Virus record (IMG/VR): IMGVR_UViG_3300027754_000039
Span: 117,589 to 181,588 of that record
DNA length: 64,000 bases
Direction: 5' to 3' (one strand)
DNA from: a virus
This document shows positions 10,521-20,740 of the stretch, piece by piece (the first letter of the stretch is position 1; every line of letters begins with the position of its first letter). The position numbers were made by a program, and so were the translations under genes. The notes under the pieces are model-generated. The model had not been told where the DNA came from and made no database searches. It worked only from the letters and a program-made list of their open reading frames with translations.

Positions 10521-11879
10521 TTATGCCTTTGTAATAGACCAACTGTTTTTCATTCCAGCTGCTACTAATTGTTCCCAAGTAAACGGAGTTGTATTTGAGG
10601 CCGCGGACTTACCTTGATACCAAGAGTTTCCTACATAGAAAACATCTGCGGCTTTGTCATAACGTCTTATATAAATAAAATGTCCTCCTTTAGAATATGG
10701 AGTTTTACCACTTCCGACTGAAGTTACATATCCTCCTTTTAATAAAGTAGCTACTGCCTTTGCTTTTACTTTTCCAATAGCCTCTCCTTTACATTTATAT
10801 AATGAAGGAACTTCTGTCATAAGTGACCAACTACTGCCAACATTTTTGACGTGATACTTTCCATGAGTCTTAGCAAACTCTCCTGGATTAATAGAAGCAT
10901 TTCCTGTTAAATTTCTCAACACAGATGCTAGCGCGCATATACCACACCCACCCTCTTGTACATCTGAATATGAAATGTCCGGACCATATACTGTTTTAGA
11001 CCAATTCGGAGCTTTGTTTTGTCTAAATACTAATTGACCGTCAAAAAAATGTATACCTGACGATTGCTCCTGCGGTGTTAATCCTTTAATTGGGCCGAAG
11101 CTAAGAGAGCCAGCTGCGTTAACTGGTAGTTTAGGTCTAGCTGGAGGGTCAGCAGCTGGAAGAACAAATCCTAAAATTGTACTAACATTTGATTGTACTA
11201 ATTGCAGCTGCGTGTCAACAACTTCAGCACATATAACATTATGAGCATTGTCGCCATCTAATATTTGCACTACACATCCTAAATGATGCGCAGTTACGAC
11301 TTCTCTTTCAGTGGCGCCATATATAGCAGCTGCCCCGACTATTGGATTAGCTATTAATCTATGAGTATCCTTTGCCCACTTAAGCCAGCCGGCGGCTGTT
11401 GAAGCTCCTTCAGTGGGAATTGGGGCTCCCGCTTCTATAAACCAAGTAGTCACCGCTGCTGCATGCCATGGAGCTTTACCCGGACGGCATTTGACATTAC
11501 CTAACATTACGTCGACACGTGGACCACTTAATGAACCTGAAGATGCTTCTCTAACTAAATCATTAACATCTTTATTAGCAATCGTAGCTACTTTAATTCC
11601 GGTATCAATTGTTTTGTCATTTAATGTAGTTGTATTACTAAATCCTTCTTTTGATTCGTTAGGAAAATCTGATTCTAAAAATTCAAAAAAATCTTCTGCC
11701 GGATCATCCTCTTCTACATCATCTCCAACATCATCAATGCTCCCATCACTTTCTGCTTGCGAACCTTCGTCATCCAAAGCTTTTTCTTCATCTGGAGTTA
11801 ATTCTGCTTTTTGAATAATTACTTTATTCAATTGAGCATTTTCTATAATTTCGTCGTCTTCTATTACTACGCCTGGCAT
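10521..11879 (-). CDS. Baseplate-region protein: acidic N-terminus, degenerate CHAP-like domain, C39-like cysteine peptidase
   Basis: PWHAAAVTTW...GAAAIY...HHLGCV is CHAP-like with His in place of the catalytic Cys; GCGICALASVL...GGHFIYIRRYD is C39-like with Cys and His intact. Confidence 0.6.
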   Translation of the reverse strand: MPGVVIEDDEIIENAQLNKVIIQKAELTPDEEKALDDEGSQAESDGSIDDVGDDVEEDDPAEDFFEFLESDFPNESKEGFSNTTTLNDKTIDTGIKVATIANKDVNDLVREASSGSLSGPRVDVMLGNVKCRPGKAPWHAAAVTTWFIEAGAPIPTEGASTAAGWLKWAKDTHRLIANPIVGAAAIYGATEREVVTAHHLGCVVQILDGDNAHNVICAEVVDTQLQLVQSNVSTILGFVLPAADPPARPKLPVNAAGSLSFGPIKGLTPQEQSSGIHFFDGQLVFRQNKAPNWSKTVYGPDISYSDVQEGGCGICALASVLRNLTGNASINPGEFAKTHGKYHVKNVGSSWSLMTEVPSLYKCKGEAIGKVKAKAVATLLKGGYVTSVGSGKTPYSKGGHFIYIRRYDKAADVFYVGNSWYQGKSAASNTTPFTWEQLVAAGMKNSWSITKA

Positions 11880-11890
11880 TGTTTTTTATT

Positions 11891-13267
11891 TTAAATTACA
11901 CTTCTAACTTTTTCTAAAGTTTTAATTTCTTGATCTGCTCTATTATGCAAATCTTTATTCGCATTTTTTTCATCTGCTGTTAATTCAGGATCTGCTGCTT
12001 TTTCAGCTGCTTTTTCTTTTTCTTTTTGGGCCTTAGCAACATCAGCCTCTGTCATTTTAAAATCAGGCTCGGGTATATTTTTAAATTTAGCAGATTTTTC
12101 TTTTGTTGCTATTGCTTTCTTTTTAGTAAATGCAACTTGACTTAATAAAGTCGGTTCAATTTGAGCTTTTAATCCTTCAATTAAAGCCCATTGCGGTGCT
12201 GCTATTAATGGAGAGCAAGGGCCTACAGGCGATATTGGAGCTAGTGTGCCTAAAGCTTGAATTAAATTTTCCATCCAAGTTTTAAATGCGTTACCTAATA
12301 TCAATGCTTCTTTTGCATCAGTACCTAATTCAATTTTATCAGCATTTAATGATATAACGTCTTTCGCATCTAATGCAATTGTAGTCTCTGAAGATAATCC
12401 AATTCCGTTTTTTGCAAATGCTATAATTTCTTTTTGAGTACTATTAAATACAATCCTGCCTGAAGATATCAATGTTTGTGGAGTAGTTCCCCAATTCTCA
12501 TCTTTCCAGGAAGTTATTTTATGTTTTTTAATTGCAGTTAGCAATCCAGAAGCTTGTTCAAATTCTAATTTTTGCCCTGATGCTTGTACAATTATATTTT
12601 CTTCTTTAGTAAAGTCTTCAGTTACAAAGTCATTAATTTTTTTAGTGTCTTTACTTTGAGTAGTATTTCTAAATATAGTAATTGGAGAGCCAGGAGCTCC
12701 TGAAAATTTAGCGGGCACTTTAAATCCTCCACTTTTAGGTGAAGTTGAAAATCTAATAGAGTTTCCGTAACGACCTGATAATATTACATCTCCTATATAA
12801 TGCTGTAACGGTTTGGACGCTGCATTCTCTTGAAAATTTACATCAGGCACAGGATCTTTTTCTTTTTTGCTGTTACCCGTTGAAGTTTCATTATAATCTT
12901 TTGAGTCTCCACTTTGTCCTTGAGTAGTAGTTATTTTAGATACTGACGGTATAGAATTGTGATGTATACTGGACTGTAAACTTACAATGTCTGTATAATA
13001 ATAAGTTGTCGTTTTTCTCGTACCCGAAGCATATGAGCTCGGAGCTTGAATAATTAAAACAACTTCACCTACAATTGGTATACGCAGTATATTATAATTT
13101 ATCGGAATTGCTGTAATTAGCGTAACAGACTCGTCGTCATTGGATATAGTATTATCTAATATCTTTACTTTAATGCCATATACCAATGAAGGATTATTGT
13201 CAGTATAAATTACTTCTTTAACCTCAGCTGAGAAAAATGGCGATGCGTTACTATTATTATCTGGCAT
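11891..13267 (-). CDS. Baseplate central spike/hub, gp5/gpV-like
   Basis: OB-fold-like N-terminus (IPIVGEVVLII), GRYGNSIRF, beta-helix-like stretch, then ALILGNAFKTWMENLIQAL. Confidence 0.7.
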   Translation of the reverse strand: MPDNNSNASPFFSAEVKEVIYTDNNPSLVYGIKVKILDNTISNDDESVTLITAIPINYNILRIPIVGEVVLIIQAPSSYASGTRKTTTYYYTDIVSLQSSIHHNSIPSVSKITTTQGQSGDSKDYNETSTGNSKKEKDPVPDVNFQENAASKPLQHYIGDVILSGRYGNSIRFSTSPKSGGFKVPAKFSGAPGSPITIFRNTTQSKDTKKINDFVTEDFTKEENIIVQASGQKLEFEQASGLLTAIKKHKITSWKDENWGTTPQTLISSGRIVFNSTQKEIIAFAKNGIGLSSETTIALDAKDVISLNADKIELGTDAKEALILGNAFKTWMENLIQALGTLAPISPVGPCSPLIAAPQWALIEGLKAQIEPTLLSQVAFTKKKAIATKEKSAKFKNIPEPDFKMTEADVAKAQKEKEKAAEKAADPELTADEKNANKDLHNRADQEIKTLEKVRSVI

Positions 13268-13268
13268 A

Positions 13269-13703
13269 TTATACTAATCCGTCTTGTATATCGTTTAATT
13301 CAGATTCAATTGAATTTTGTTTAGAAGTTAAATCAACCACTTTAGCATTGATCTCTTGAGTTGAGCCGGTAATTTCATCTAACTCACCCATTAACTGTTT
13401 TTTCTCTTCATCAGATAACATCCAAGAGTTGCCTGTCTCTGCTTGTACTTTACTACTAGTAGAAACTAACCTCTGCACAACAGCGGCTAGCTTAACAAGG
13501 TGTTCATCATTCTTAACACCTACTTCTAAATATTCTTTTATTAACGGAACTATTACCGTCGCATCTCCGACATTTTTAATTAGAGGTCTTAGCTCTCCAA
13601 TCATCATATTTATCTGGCGGTCCTTTTTAGAACTGTTCGAATAAATATCTTTCATTAAATCGGAAAATGACTTACCTTTAAAAATTTCTACATCAAAATC
13701 CAT
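13269..13703 (-). CDS. Hypothetical alpha-helical protein
   Basis: 144-aa ORF filling the gap between the sigma-like and spike genes; late-type motif at 13716-13723. Confidence 0.55.
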   Translation of the reverse strand: MDFDVEIFKGKSFSDLMKDIYSNSSKKDRQINMMIGELRPLIKNVGDATVIVPLIKEYLEVGVKNDEHLVKLAAVVQRLVSTSSKVQAETGNSWMLSDEEKKQLMGELDEITGSTQEINAKVVDLTSKQNSIESELNDIQDGLV

Positions 13704-13724
13704 ATATCCTTTAAAATAAATATC

Positions 13725-14537
13725 TTATTCTAGGAATTCTGACTTTTTAAATTTAGCGTGATTTAATGTTGCTCTTCCCGTGTGCTTGTAATTGGTATAC
13801 ATTTCTATATAAGCACTTTTCATAATATTAATAACTCGAGTGATATATTGAGTCTTAACTCCGGTACGGTCTCTTATTAATATATAAAGAGCTTTCTTAT
13901 TGAAGTTTTCTATATTTTCTCTGTTGCGAAATAATTCTAATACTGAATCTGCAACTCCAATATCAGGTTGCTTTTTAAAAAATAAAACTAAATTGTCATC
14001 CATGTATGTTGTGAATAAATCCATGAATTCTTTTTTCTCGTTTAATTCGTCGTCACGCATTACTTCATTGATAACATTTCTATTATCATCAATTGCTTCA
14101 GGCTGTTCCGTATTTTTAAACTTATTATAATTCCCATTGTTATGGATAATTAAATAGTTTTTTGCTATGATTGAAAAATACGAAAATGCTTTACCTTTAT
14201 TAGGATCTGTGTATTTATGAATTTTTTCATTTAAGAAAGCAACTACTTCATGTTTTACATCTTCATATGGAATATCAAAATGATAAAACTTAAAAGTATG
14301 AATAATATTTTCAACTAACTTATCCAATGGATATTTAATTTTTTCTTCGTAAAGTTTATTACGCTCTATTTCATCTTCTAAAAGATTATAAAGCAAAATA
14401 GCATTTTCAGTGTCTTTTGTAAAGTATTGTTTTGTCTTTGGCTTACGACCTCGAGTTTTTGGAGCTTCCGGTTCTATTGCTACTACAGCTTCAACAGTCA
14501 CTTCACTAACTGCTTCTTGATTAAGTTCTAAATTCAT
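13725..14537 (-). CDS. Phage sigma factor, T4 gp55-like (late transcription)
   Basis: QYFT...ENAILLYN and YEDVKHEVVAFLNEKIHKY...GKAFSYFSIIAKNYLI resemble sigma region 2 of gp55-like proteins. Confidence 0.6.
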   Translation of the reverse strand: MNLELNQEAVSEVTVEAVVAIEPEAPKTRGRKPKTKQYFTKDTENAILLYNLLEDEIERNKLYEEKIKYPLDKLVENIIHTFKFYHFDIPYEDVKHEVVAFLNEKIHKYTDPNKGKAFSYFSIIAKNYLIIHNNGNYNKFKNTEQPEAIDDNRNVINEVMRDDELNEKKEFMDLFTTYMDDNLVLFFKKQPDIGVADSVLELFRNRENIENFNKKALYILIRDRTGVKTQYITRVINIMKSAYIEMYTNYKHTGRATLNHAKFKKSEFLE

Positions 14538-14832
14538 ATACTGATTCTACTGTTTTAGTTAAGTCCGAAGACAATTCTTTTATTTCTTTAAATACAAAAC
14601 CTACCTCGTCGTCTGCTTCAAAAGCTCCACGAATGTCTAGGTCTTTTAATTGAGTTTCAGTCTCTAATACCTTCTCACGTATCTCATCTAATTTATCTTG
14701 ATAATATACTACAGTCTCTTCTAAGTCCTCATTTTGTTTAACAAGATTCCACATTCCATAACCCATAAATCCAATTACGGCTAAGAAGAAAATTATAATT
14801 AATGCTATCATATTATCCGAATATTTTATCAA
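14521..14832 (-). CDS. Membrane-anchored coiled-coil protein
   Basis: N-terminal hydrophobic helix followed by heptad pattern. Confidence 0.55.
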   Translation of the reverse strand: MIKYSDNMIALIIIFFLAVIGFMGYGMWNLVKQNEDLEETVVYYQDKLDEIREKVLETETQLKDLDIRGAFEADDEVGFVFKEIKELSSDLTKTVESVYEFRT

Positions 14833-15553
14833 ATGCTGTTTTTAAGTTATCATCACCAATTGGATCATTAAATCCTCCTAATTTAGATTTTGCTTTTGTT
14901 GGAGCTACTTCTACTATTTGTGGAGTGTGAGTTAAATTACCTTCAATTAAAGTAGCTAAATGATCAGCGTGATGTAATAAAATAGGCAAATCAGTTTTTA
15001 AAGAAAATTCTGGCATACCTGCCATTAAATAAGATTCATTACCTTTTCCATATAATCCGTCATGCAATTTAATTGCTAAATATTCATTCTCTGAAAATTT
15101 AACTCCATATTCTTGTAATAGAAAAATACTTCTGTCCGGAACTTTCATAAATTGCAATGCAGGATTAATTTTATAAATTTGTCCTCTCTTTACGTGCCAA
15201 TCTGAATCGTTTGGAACATAATAATCTTCAGAGCTAGAACCTACTTTACCTAAGTCATGATTAATAGCTGCAAATACTACTTCTTCCAAAGTAAATTTAT
15301 TTGTGCCGGCGCCTGCTTCAGTCCATACTTCAAATAATTTAATAGCTGTCTTTACAACTCTATTAACGTGATCGATATATCCTCCTGGAAAGCAGTTATG
15401 CCTAGTTGAATGTGACGATGCTGGAGCTGTTAAAACTCTATCAGACAATTCTTCATACATTTTAATTAGCACTTCTTTACGTGTGCCAGAAATATATTTT
15501 TCAATATATTCCATTAACGTTTTCCATTGCAATTCTGTATCTTGTTTTCCCAT
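14813..15553 (-). CDS. HD-domain phosphohydrolase
   Basis: HNCFPGGYIDHV...NHDLGK...IKLHDG...LHHAD. Confidence 0.85.
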   Translation of the reverse strand: MGKQDTELQWKTLMEYIEKYISGTRKEVLIKMYEELSDRVLTAPASSHSTRHNCFPGGYIDHVNRVVKTAIKLFEVWTEAGAGTNKFTLEEVVFAAINHDLGKVGSSSEDYYVPNDSDWHVKRGQIYKINPALQFMKVPDRSIFLLQEYGVKFSENEYLAIKLHDGLYGKGNESYLMAGMPEFSLKTDLPILLHHADHLATLIEGNLTHTPQIVEVAPTKAKSKLGGFNDPIGDDNLKTAFDKIFG

Positions 15554-15556
15554 AAC

Positions 15557-16204
15557 TTATATTACTTGATCAATTAAACCTAACTCAGCTGCTTTAGCTG
15601 CGGTCATATAATAATCTTTTCTACATGCTTTGCGCCAAAACTCTTCATCATGTTTTGTTTTGGCAGCCATCATTTTATAAAAGTCTTCTTCTAACTCGTC
15701 AATATGTTCTGCATTTGCTTTAATGTCGGCAGACTTACCAAATATATTAGCTGAAGCTTCGTGAACCATAATAGTAGTATTTTTAGAAGCAGCTCTTATT
15801 CCAGTACCACAACATAAAATCATTGCACCTGCTGACATTGCTCTTCCTCTTGCAATAACATTAATTGGCACTGATACTGATTCCATATAATCAATAATAC
15901 CTAAAGCTTCGTACACGTCACCCCCATTGGAGTTTAATAACAATGTAATTGGATCTTCTTTTTTATCTTCAGGGCGATGTTCTAATATTAATCTAACTTT
16001 TGAAATAAAATCGAAGCAATTGCCTAACATTATATCTCCATGTAAATAAATAACAGAGTCGGTAACACTAACGCCATAGTCTATTTCATTATAAAGATCT
16101 TTACTTGACTTTTCGTCTTTTTTATCTTCTAACCTTTTCTTTTTAGATTCAGGCTCATCGTCATACAAACCTTTGTAGACTGTGTTATTATTTATTTTAG
16201 TCAT
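15557..16204 (-). CDS. clpP: ClpP-like serine protease
   Basis: SNGGDVYEALGIIDYM, AMSAG (Ser), IMVHE (His), RKDYYMTAAKAAELGLIDQV. Confidence 0.88.
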   Translation of the reverse strand: MTKINNNTVYKGLYDDEPESKKKRLEDKKDEKSSKDLYNEIDYGVSVTDSVIYLHGDIMLGNCFDFISKVRLILEHRPEDKKEDPITLLLNSNGGDVYEALGIIDYMESVSVPINVIARGRAMSAGAMILCCGTGIRAASKNTTIMVHEASANIFGKSADIKANAEHIDELEEDFYKMMAAKTKHDEEFWRKACRKDYYMTAAKAAELGLIDQVI

Positions 16205-16259
16205 ATTTTCTATTTATCTACATAATATATGAAATTAATATTAAGTATCCTAATTTTTC

Positions 16260-16790
16260 TTACATTAATTTTTTAAGCTGTCTGTTAGCTTTAGATAGCG
16301 ATCGCATTAACTCAGCTTTTTTACCTTTACGAGTTTCATGAAATAATTGAACTTTTAATTTTTCAATGTCTTTACCTAAGTCATTAAATGCATCTGACTT
16401 CTCTTGTTTAGATAATTTTTTCTTTTCTGGTTTAGGTTCAATTACCGTTACAGGCAACGTACCTTTTAGTGAAGGCTGTTCTTCTCCTTTATGATATACA
16501 GTGCCGTCTGTGGCTACATATTCTTTCATAAATTTCCAACCTTTAGGTTTATCTGATTTTGGAATAGATGCTCTGACTACAGGACCTTCACATACAGCAG
16601 CTACGCATTTCCAGCATATTACTGCATTAGCGTCATTACCTACTACAGTCCATGTATTGCATATACGCTCTCTATAATATTTGCCTCCTGGTTCGGAATT
16701 TTGGCAAATCATAAATCTACGACCTTCAACCATTTTAGTTGAGAATTTAGTCGTAGCGTATTGTGGTTTTACTTTTTCTACTTTTTTCAT
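16260..16790 (-). CDS. Hypothetical protein with Cys pairs (possible Zn finger) and basic tail
   Basis: ICQN...IC...CWKC pattern; ORF tiles with neighbours. Confidence 0.5.
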   Translation of the reverse strand: MKKVEKVKPQYATTKFSTKMVEGRRFMICQNSEPGGKYYRERICNTWTVVGNDANAVICWKCVAAVCEGPVVRASIPKSDKPKGWKFMKEYVATDGTVYHKGEEQPSLKGTLPVTVIEPKPEKKKLSKQEKSDAFNDLGKDIEKLKVQLFHETRKGKKAELMRSLSKANRQLKKLM

Positions 16791-16803
16791 AACCTTTATT
16801 TAA

Positions 16804-17904
16804 TTAATATGTTTTAGAATTGTCTTCGTTATATAAATTTTCTTTTAGCTTCTTTTTTTCTAAACTTTCCTTTCGCTCCTTATCAATTTCACGGCGTTTA
16901 AACTCCTTTAAATCCTCCTTGTTTCGGGGCTGGGATATTGTTATTACTGCCTCCGGTTCAGGCTGTGTCAAGGGGTGTTCTGACGGCTGTTCAACCACAT
17001 TATACGTATTATAAGGGTTAGTATCTACAAAAAAATCAGGTTTGAATGGAAATTCATCTTCTTCTGGAAAATTAATTTCTTTTTGAGGTTCTTCTTTTGG
17101 ATTATTATCTTCTGAGTTCTTAGACATAAAATTAAATGCTAGCACCATGCAAATTGCTAATGGATCAAATACAATAATAAAAAGTAATATTAATACATTA
17201 ACTACACTATCCATATCTACATTTAAGACTCTAGATATATAAGCTAAAGAACCTAATTCAGATGATATTTCATTTTTCAATCCTAATTGAGTTATAGAAA
17301 CTTGCGTTTTTGAAGCAGAGTCGGAATATGCTATTACTTTTTTATTTAATTCATCAATGTCTTTGTTTAAAGTCTTAATAGACGCGTCAGTTTCTTTTGC
17401 TGACCGATCAGCTGAGCGAGACGATCGATTTGAAGTTACTAATTGGGTTGCTCTTAACTCTTGAGAATTTCTAATTGAAGTTAAATTGGTTAACTGAATA
17501 TTTTTAGATTCTAATTGAGTTTTAAATGTGTTGGCTGATGATTCAAAATATAATTTTTGAGTTGATAAACTGTCAGTTTGAGTGCGAGTTAAATCATATT
17601 TAGATTTTGTAGTTTGATAAGCACCGGATAAAAATCCATAAATACCAATTGAAGTAATCAATGCAATAATAGTAATAGCAATTAATAAATAAAATCTTAA
17701 TGTTTTATTTACAATTGTCCAAAATCTATATAGAAAAGAAGCAATTACTAATTTTGAAGCTTCTAACGTCGATGTCATGACAATGACAGCTACAGCAGCG
17801 CCGGCGAATAGTTTAGCTAATCCGACAATAGAAAAGAAAGCAGCACAACCCGCAAGGGAAAGTGCTACTATTCCTACAAATATCTTAAGTGCCAATTTAT
17901 TCAT
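16804..17904 (-). CDS. Multi-pass membrane protein with long coiled coil
   Basis: Three N-terminal TM helices, a coiled coil, and a TM helix with IVFDPLAI. Confidence 0.6.
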   Translation of the reverse strand: MNKLALKIFVGIVALSLAGCAAFFSIVGLAKLFAGAAVAVIVMTSTLEASKLVIASFLYRFWTIVNKTLRFYLLIAITIIALITSIGIYGFLSGAYQTTKSKYDLTRTQTDSLSTQKLYFESSANTFKTQLESKNIQLTNLTSIRNSQELRATQLVTSNRSSRSADRSAKETDASIKTLNKDIDELNKKVIAYSDSASKTQVSITQLGLKNEISSELGSLAYISRVLNVDMDSVVNVLILLFIIVFDPLAICMVLAFNFMSKNSEDNNPKEEPQKEINFPEEDEFPFKPDFFVDTNPYNTYNVVEQPSEHPLTQPEPEAVITISQPRNKEDLKEFKRREIDKERKESLEKKKLKENLYNEDNSKTY

Positions 17905-18076
17905 TAGGCTCTAATCCTAAACGTTCGACGACTAGTTCAATTTCTTTAATAATTAAAGCTAGGAATTGTACAGCTTCAGTGCCGGACATATCCGAATTTG
18001 ATATCGATCGTTGTAAGGTTTTCAATTTAGTAGCTTGAGCTTCTAATTTTCTTACGGTATGTTCTTTGTATCTCAT
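17897..18076 (-). CDS. Small hypothetical protein (59 aa)
   Basis: Manually translated MRYKEHTVRKLE...LGLEPNE*; overlaps the start of the next gene. Confidence 0.6.
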   Translation of the reverse strand: MRYKEHTVRKLEAQATKLKTLQRSISNSDMSGTEAVQFLALIIKEIELVVERLGLEPNE

Positions 18077-18186
18077 AAATTTATTTTTGTTTTTTGTTTG
18101 ATTTTTTTAAACGTTTGTATAATTATAAATAATATATATAATAGTGAATATAATAATAATTATTAATATAATAATATTATAATATA

Positions 18187-19098
18187 TTAATTGGTGCCAT
18201 GCAAAATTCTATAATTTAAAAGGGCCAATTCTTTACCTTTCGCTTCAATCATCACGTCAATATCTAAACCAAAAGTATCAATATAATTGGTTATTAATAC
18301 TGAATGAGCTCTAGGATTAATTGTGGAATCATTTTCATGAAGAGCTCTTGACTCTGAATAATGAGCAACTGGCCTTACGTCTTTCCAAGTAGACATAGCC
18401 AATTTCAAAGCTTCTTCTGCTGACTGACCTCCATCATTAAATGTATGGTGATGATAATCAAATACAATTGGAATTCCTGCGTGAGCATAAATCAATTCAT
18501 GTAAGTCTTTAACTGAATACATAGAAGCTTTATCGTCATTCTCAATAGTCAAGCGAGAACGAACTCCTTCAGACAACCTAACAAAATTCTTACACCATGT
18601 TTCAGCTGCACTATACTTATCTCCATACGTCGCTCCTACATGTATATTAATTTTATTATACGGAGTTCGAGAAAGACCCATTAAGTCAAATAGTAAACCA
18701 TGCATTTCTAAATCTTTAATAGTATTAATAACTACAGACTCTTTAGGAGATGCAAGTAAGTTAAATGGACCTGGATGAGTAGTAATGCGAATATTATTAT
18801 CCTTAGCAAATTGACCACAACGAGCTAAGACAGTTACTATCTCTGCATAGTCAGGGAACTGAGTTACATCTACTTTATTGCCCCATGGAAACAAATCACT
18901 ACCTAAACGAAAAAAATGAATTCCATTTAGTAAATTCCATTCTAAAATTAATTCTAAATCTTTTGCATTGGCTAATGCTAATTGAGACGCGTGGGCTATA
19001 CCCTTCTCTTTCAATGTAGCAGCTCTCATTGCTCTGCCAGTAAGAATACCTCTCTTACCTAATGTCATGTTGATGCATGCGTAACCTATATTTGTCAT
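18187..19098 (-). CDS. uvsE: UV DNA damage endonuclease
   Basis: IGYACIN, FFRLGSDLFPW, HPGPFNLLASP, HVG, LTIENDDK, FDYHHH, HYSE, MIEAKGKELAL. Start moved to MTNIGY because a promoter lies at 19118-19149. Confidence 0.92.
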   Translation of the reverse strand: MTNIGYACINMTLGKRGILTGRAMRAATLKEKGIAHASQLALANAKDLELILEWNLLNGIHFFRLGSDLFPWGNKVDVTQFPDYAEIVTVLARCGQFAKDNNIRITTHPGPFNLLASPKESVVINTIKDLEMHGLLFDLMGLSRTPYNKINIHVGATYGDKYSAAETWCKNFVRLSEGVRSRLTIENDDKASMYSVKDLHELIYAHAGIPIVFDYHHHTFNDGGQSAEEALKLAMSTWKDVRPVAHYSESRALHENDSTINPRAHSVLITNYIDTFGLDIDVMIEAKGKELALLNYRILHGTN

Positions 19099-19150
19099 TG
19101 TATATTTTTTATTTAATTTAAGATAAGATATTCTATTGAATGTACCAAAT

Positions 19151-20722
19151 TTAATTTGGCAATTCATTTACTTCATCTTCTACTAGCTCCGCTTCACTTA
19201 CTTTGCGGCAGATGTAAGTAGTTTCGTTTTTGCGTAATACTACATCACAATCCAATAGGGTTCTAAGACCATTAGCATCTTTAATTCGATGGGATACGTA
19301 TTTTTTGATGACTTCTACTAGGCCACCTTCCCATTGGATAAATTCTCTTTGTATAGTAACCATAATTAATTATTAGAAATTTTTTCATGTCGCCCTATTA
19401 AAGTAAAGGCTTTACAAAACTTTTGCTGTTTAAATACTTCCATTGCAATATCTGAAAATTTATATGCAATCATTATACAGCCATCCATGAACATTTCTGT
19501 AATGGCTTCATTTAAAAACTCTTGCGAATTGGAATTTAATATTACTCGATTGTTAACGATTAACACATTAACTTTAGCATCTGGATTTATACTTCCAGTT
19601 ATAATAGACGACAGTTTATCTTTAAAATGCTCAATATCAACTTCAAAGTCAGGGTGAGTTTCATACTCACTATCATTTTCGAAATTCGTATCTTCCGAAC
19701 CTATTCCATAAGCATCTACACAAATTAAATCGTATAAGAATAGAATCTTTTCATCCTTTGGTAGACTCGCGAAAAAATCGTAGTCTTCTTGATCGATTAT
19801 ATATTCATTAAAATTCATACGCCTTCCCCTTAATAATTATCTCAGAGCAGAGCCAAGAAGGATCTACTATTACTTTAATTTTATTAAAGATTTCAGGTCG
19901 ATTGAAAAATCCACGCAGTATTAATGATCTAGCATCTAAATCTTTTTCTTGATTAGCAAAATTTAATTTTACTAACTCTTCTTGCTCCAATGCACTGCGA
20001 AGGAACGATATAATATCATTAGCCATACTTCTTCCAAATAGTGTTTAAGACTTCTGTAATTTCCTTTGTCAATGAATACCCGTCGTTTACATATTTAATA
20101 CATACATATACAGTTAAATGTTCATTACATTTTGTATCATTGATAGAGTCTGATAACTTATATAGTTTAGATAAAACTTTAAGCTTAATATCTTTCTCCG
20201 CATAACCCATAGAATCAAACTGCGCTGCAATGGCTTCTTCTAAAAGAATTGAATCTACTGCTGACATTAGTTTATTGTCTTGCAATGGAATATTTCTTTC
20301 TGCTAAATTTCTTAGTGCGTCTGCAGCTTCAGTTTGATCTAGTAAACTTTTAATAAACTGCTCAAATGGAGCCGGTTTCATTAAGCTTCTTTTTTCTTGT
20401 AAGGCTTTTTAGACTTAACGGGGGCGCCCATTACTGGATTAGCTTTTTTTGGTTTAGACTCACCCATTACTGGATTTGGCATTGACTTAATTGATATTCT
20501 AGATTTGTCTTTGCAAGATTGCAAATCAGAACGTAAAGTTCTAATATAATCTTTATCAGCAATCTTTTCAGCTTCTATACGTTTTGTATGTGCGCGTAAT
20601 AAATCATTAACTGATTCTTTAGTTGCAATTTCTTCCATTGCAATTTTTAATTTACTTTTTTGACCTAAGCCATAAATTGTCACTGCAATTAAAGCAGCAA
20701 CTGTTACGATTGTAATAATCAT
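19151..20722 (-). CDS. Five small hypothetical genes (19151-19363, 19366-19818, 19808-20026, 20019-20381, 20381-20722)
   Basis: Tightly tiled or overlapping minus-strand ORFs; no recognisable family; the last has an N-terminal TM helix. Confidence 0.6.
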
Positions 20723-20740
20723 TTGTTTTTGTTTTTTTGT

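Noticed and set aside
13269-13703. Small terminase subunit
   Set aside because: Size and helical character fit, but no diagnostic motif or adjacent large terminase supports the call.
18090-18190. Almost pure A/T stretch downstream of uvsE as a replication origin
   Set aside because: No iterons or flanking initiator sites; compatible with an ordinary AT-rich intergenic region.
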